Source: Stegostoma tigrinum
Taxonomy: Eukaryota
NCBI RefSeq assembly: GCF_030684315.1
Contig: NC_081358.1
Location: forward strand, 87,694,458 to 87,758,457
DNA: 64,000 nt
Direction of reading: 5' to 3'
Position numbers and translations under genes: made by a program. Below, piece by piece: positions 62,445 to 64,000 of the stretch (the first letter of the stretch is position 1; each line of letters opens with the position of its first letter). Below the pieces are notes generated by a model that was not told the origin of the DNA, did not search any database, and saw only the letters and a program-made list of their open reading frames with translations.

Positions 62445-63003
62445 ATTCTGAACTGTTTATGTGTTGTATCATAAATCATCTTTGCTGGAGCTCTTGTTTT
62501 CTCCCTAAAGTCTTCAAGTATTATTTCGAAGGCCTGCTGTCTCTCCTAAGTCTATGTGGATGATATCCAGATAAATGTCAATAATCCCAGTGGTTCAGTG
62601 AATTGAAACTTCTGTTCAGATACATATTAGCAAAACAGAGGATATGGACCTTGATCAAATCAAAAAGATTTTTCATTTTGTTTTGAAAAAATATTTACGT
62701 AAAGCAAGAAGGTTTATGTTTGATGCTTTTAAAATAATAATTTCTTCAATTATTCTTCTGTTAGGAGAGTGAGATTGTAAAAAAAACTTTCTTCCTTTAT
62801 CTCTGGAAAATGTAGTTCCTCCATAGTGAAGACTTTGACAATTATACCCACCAATATTGGAAAAAATACATTATAAATGTGTTTGAAAGGAAAGGTATGT
62901 GCAAAAAGAGGGGACACGTGGGACTAAATTATTTTTCCCTGAAAAATAATAGCACTAGTAAAAACTAAGTTATATGTATATATTGTTCTATATTCTTTTC
63001 TGA

Positions 63004-63632
63004 CAAGATGGCGGCAGAGTCAAACATCCAACCAGAGCTCCTCTGCTCCACCTGCCTTTGCCTTTTTCTCTTTTTTCTCCTTTTGGTGTGTTTTTGTAGA
63101 CTTTCAACTTACCGGGATGGAAAGAGGAGACAACTGTAGACCAGAGTCCGCTACTGGTGAGCTCCAGAGGCAAGTCAACAGAGTGGGGGCCAGCACAGGG
63201 AGATGGCAAATCAAGCCCCGGATTGGACGTTGGTTCAGGGAAGCAGAGGCCAATGCGGGGAAGCCAACCCCAGAGAAAATTTATGCCTTGGAGCAGCTGA
63301 AAGCTAGAGTGGCCTGGAGGCTTGCAGGTGAGGGGGGACAGTTGTTGGACTGGGGTCTGCAGTGGGCAGTCAGACCACATGTGAAAGTCCCTGTGCAGAG
63401 CCACTGCAATGTCGCTGATTGTAACTTTTTCCTTTTAACCATGTCATATTTCTAAACTACAATATGAATCACTGTAAAGTAATGCAACTTTTTTTTTCTT
63501 TTTTATTCCTCTTCTTGTATATAATGTTTATACCTGGGTACTTGGCACCTAAGACGGCACCATCAGAGGTGACATTGTAAACTTTTCACTGTACTCCTCT
63601 ACATGAGCACATGTGACAACGAAGGATATTCT
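63004..63632 (+). mobile_element. Probable non-autonomous LINE-derived element (Rex1/Babar-like ends)
   Basis: Starts CAAGATGGCGGC (YY1-type LINE 5' motif) and ends acttttcactgtac....catgtgacaa, a Rex1-like 3' tail. The middle is GC-richer with no RT homology. Confidence 0.55.
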
Positions 63633-64000
63633 ACAGTTTATTTTGTCTATAATGCAGGTTTATGTGTGTAGAGAGGAAGCTATTAATAAAAGGAGATTAT
63701 TGTCTCTCTGGAGGTGCCATTCAATGAATTTATTCCTGTCTTTCGGACTCAGAAATTGTTGGCATGATGAACCAGACAAGAAAGTAAACTGAAATGGATT
63801 CATAACAGAATGTCTTCTGCAATCTCCTGTATGCCTAAGCTTTGTGAAACCGACTGTAACCAAGAACTAATCTGAACTAAAATTAACAATTAACAAGACT
63901 AAAGACAGTCAACCATATGTGTTTCAGTTACATATTTATGAGAGATTCACACATCACAGGTAATAAACATTGTCTGTGATTATGCAGCATGAAAATAGGG

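Noticed and set aside
824-62452. A sequence-specific target consensus for PLE insertions
   Set aside because: The 13 TSDs read (8-16 bp) are moderately AT-rich but share no convincing motif.
62988-63455. Overlapping 138-aa and 112-aa ORFs
   Set aside because: They lie within a GC-richer repeat-like element and show no recognisable domain.

Overview
This is a vertebrate, almost certainly cartilaginous-fish (shark-like), intergenic or intronic window, judged from its HE1-type V-SINEs and shark-type CR1/SINE repertoire. It contains no recognisable intact host gene, and most of the ORF track is repeat-derived or spurious. The main feature is a set of Penelope-like retroelements (PLEs) from at least four families. 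The youngest is a Neptune-type family with a Cys-knuckle linker, a GIY-YIG endonuclease and a Pro/Ser-rich 13-aa repeat tail; there are also older relatives and a Poseidon-type remnant. Their pseudo-LTRs (pLTRs) carry a minimal type I hammerhead ribozyme motif (CTGATGA-AGGGTCTAGGCCC-GAAACGTC). About 13 PLE insertions have readable 8-16 bp target-site duplications (TSDs). Many are inverted (fold-back) structures, including five ~220-240 bp palindromic mini-elements whose inversion point lies at the hammerhead. One composite locus (41215-41882) has two same-strand hammerheads 362 nt apart, flanking the putative PLE ORF start. Also present are decayed CR1, L2/CR1-group and RTE LINE pieces, tRNA-derived SINEs, LTR remnants, two decayed Harbinger-type Myb/SANT-like gene remnants, an exact 179-bp tandem duplication, weak candidate exons and repeat-free CNE-like blocks. 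Family assignments are from motif recognition by eye; no database search was run.
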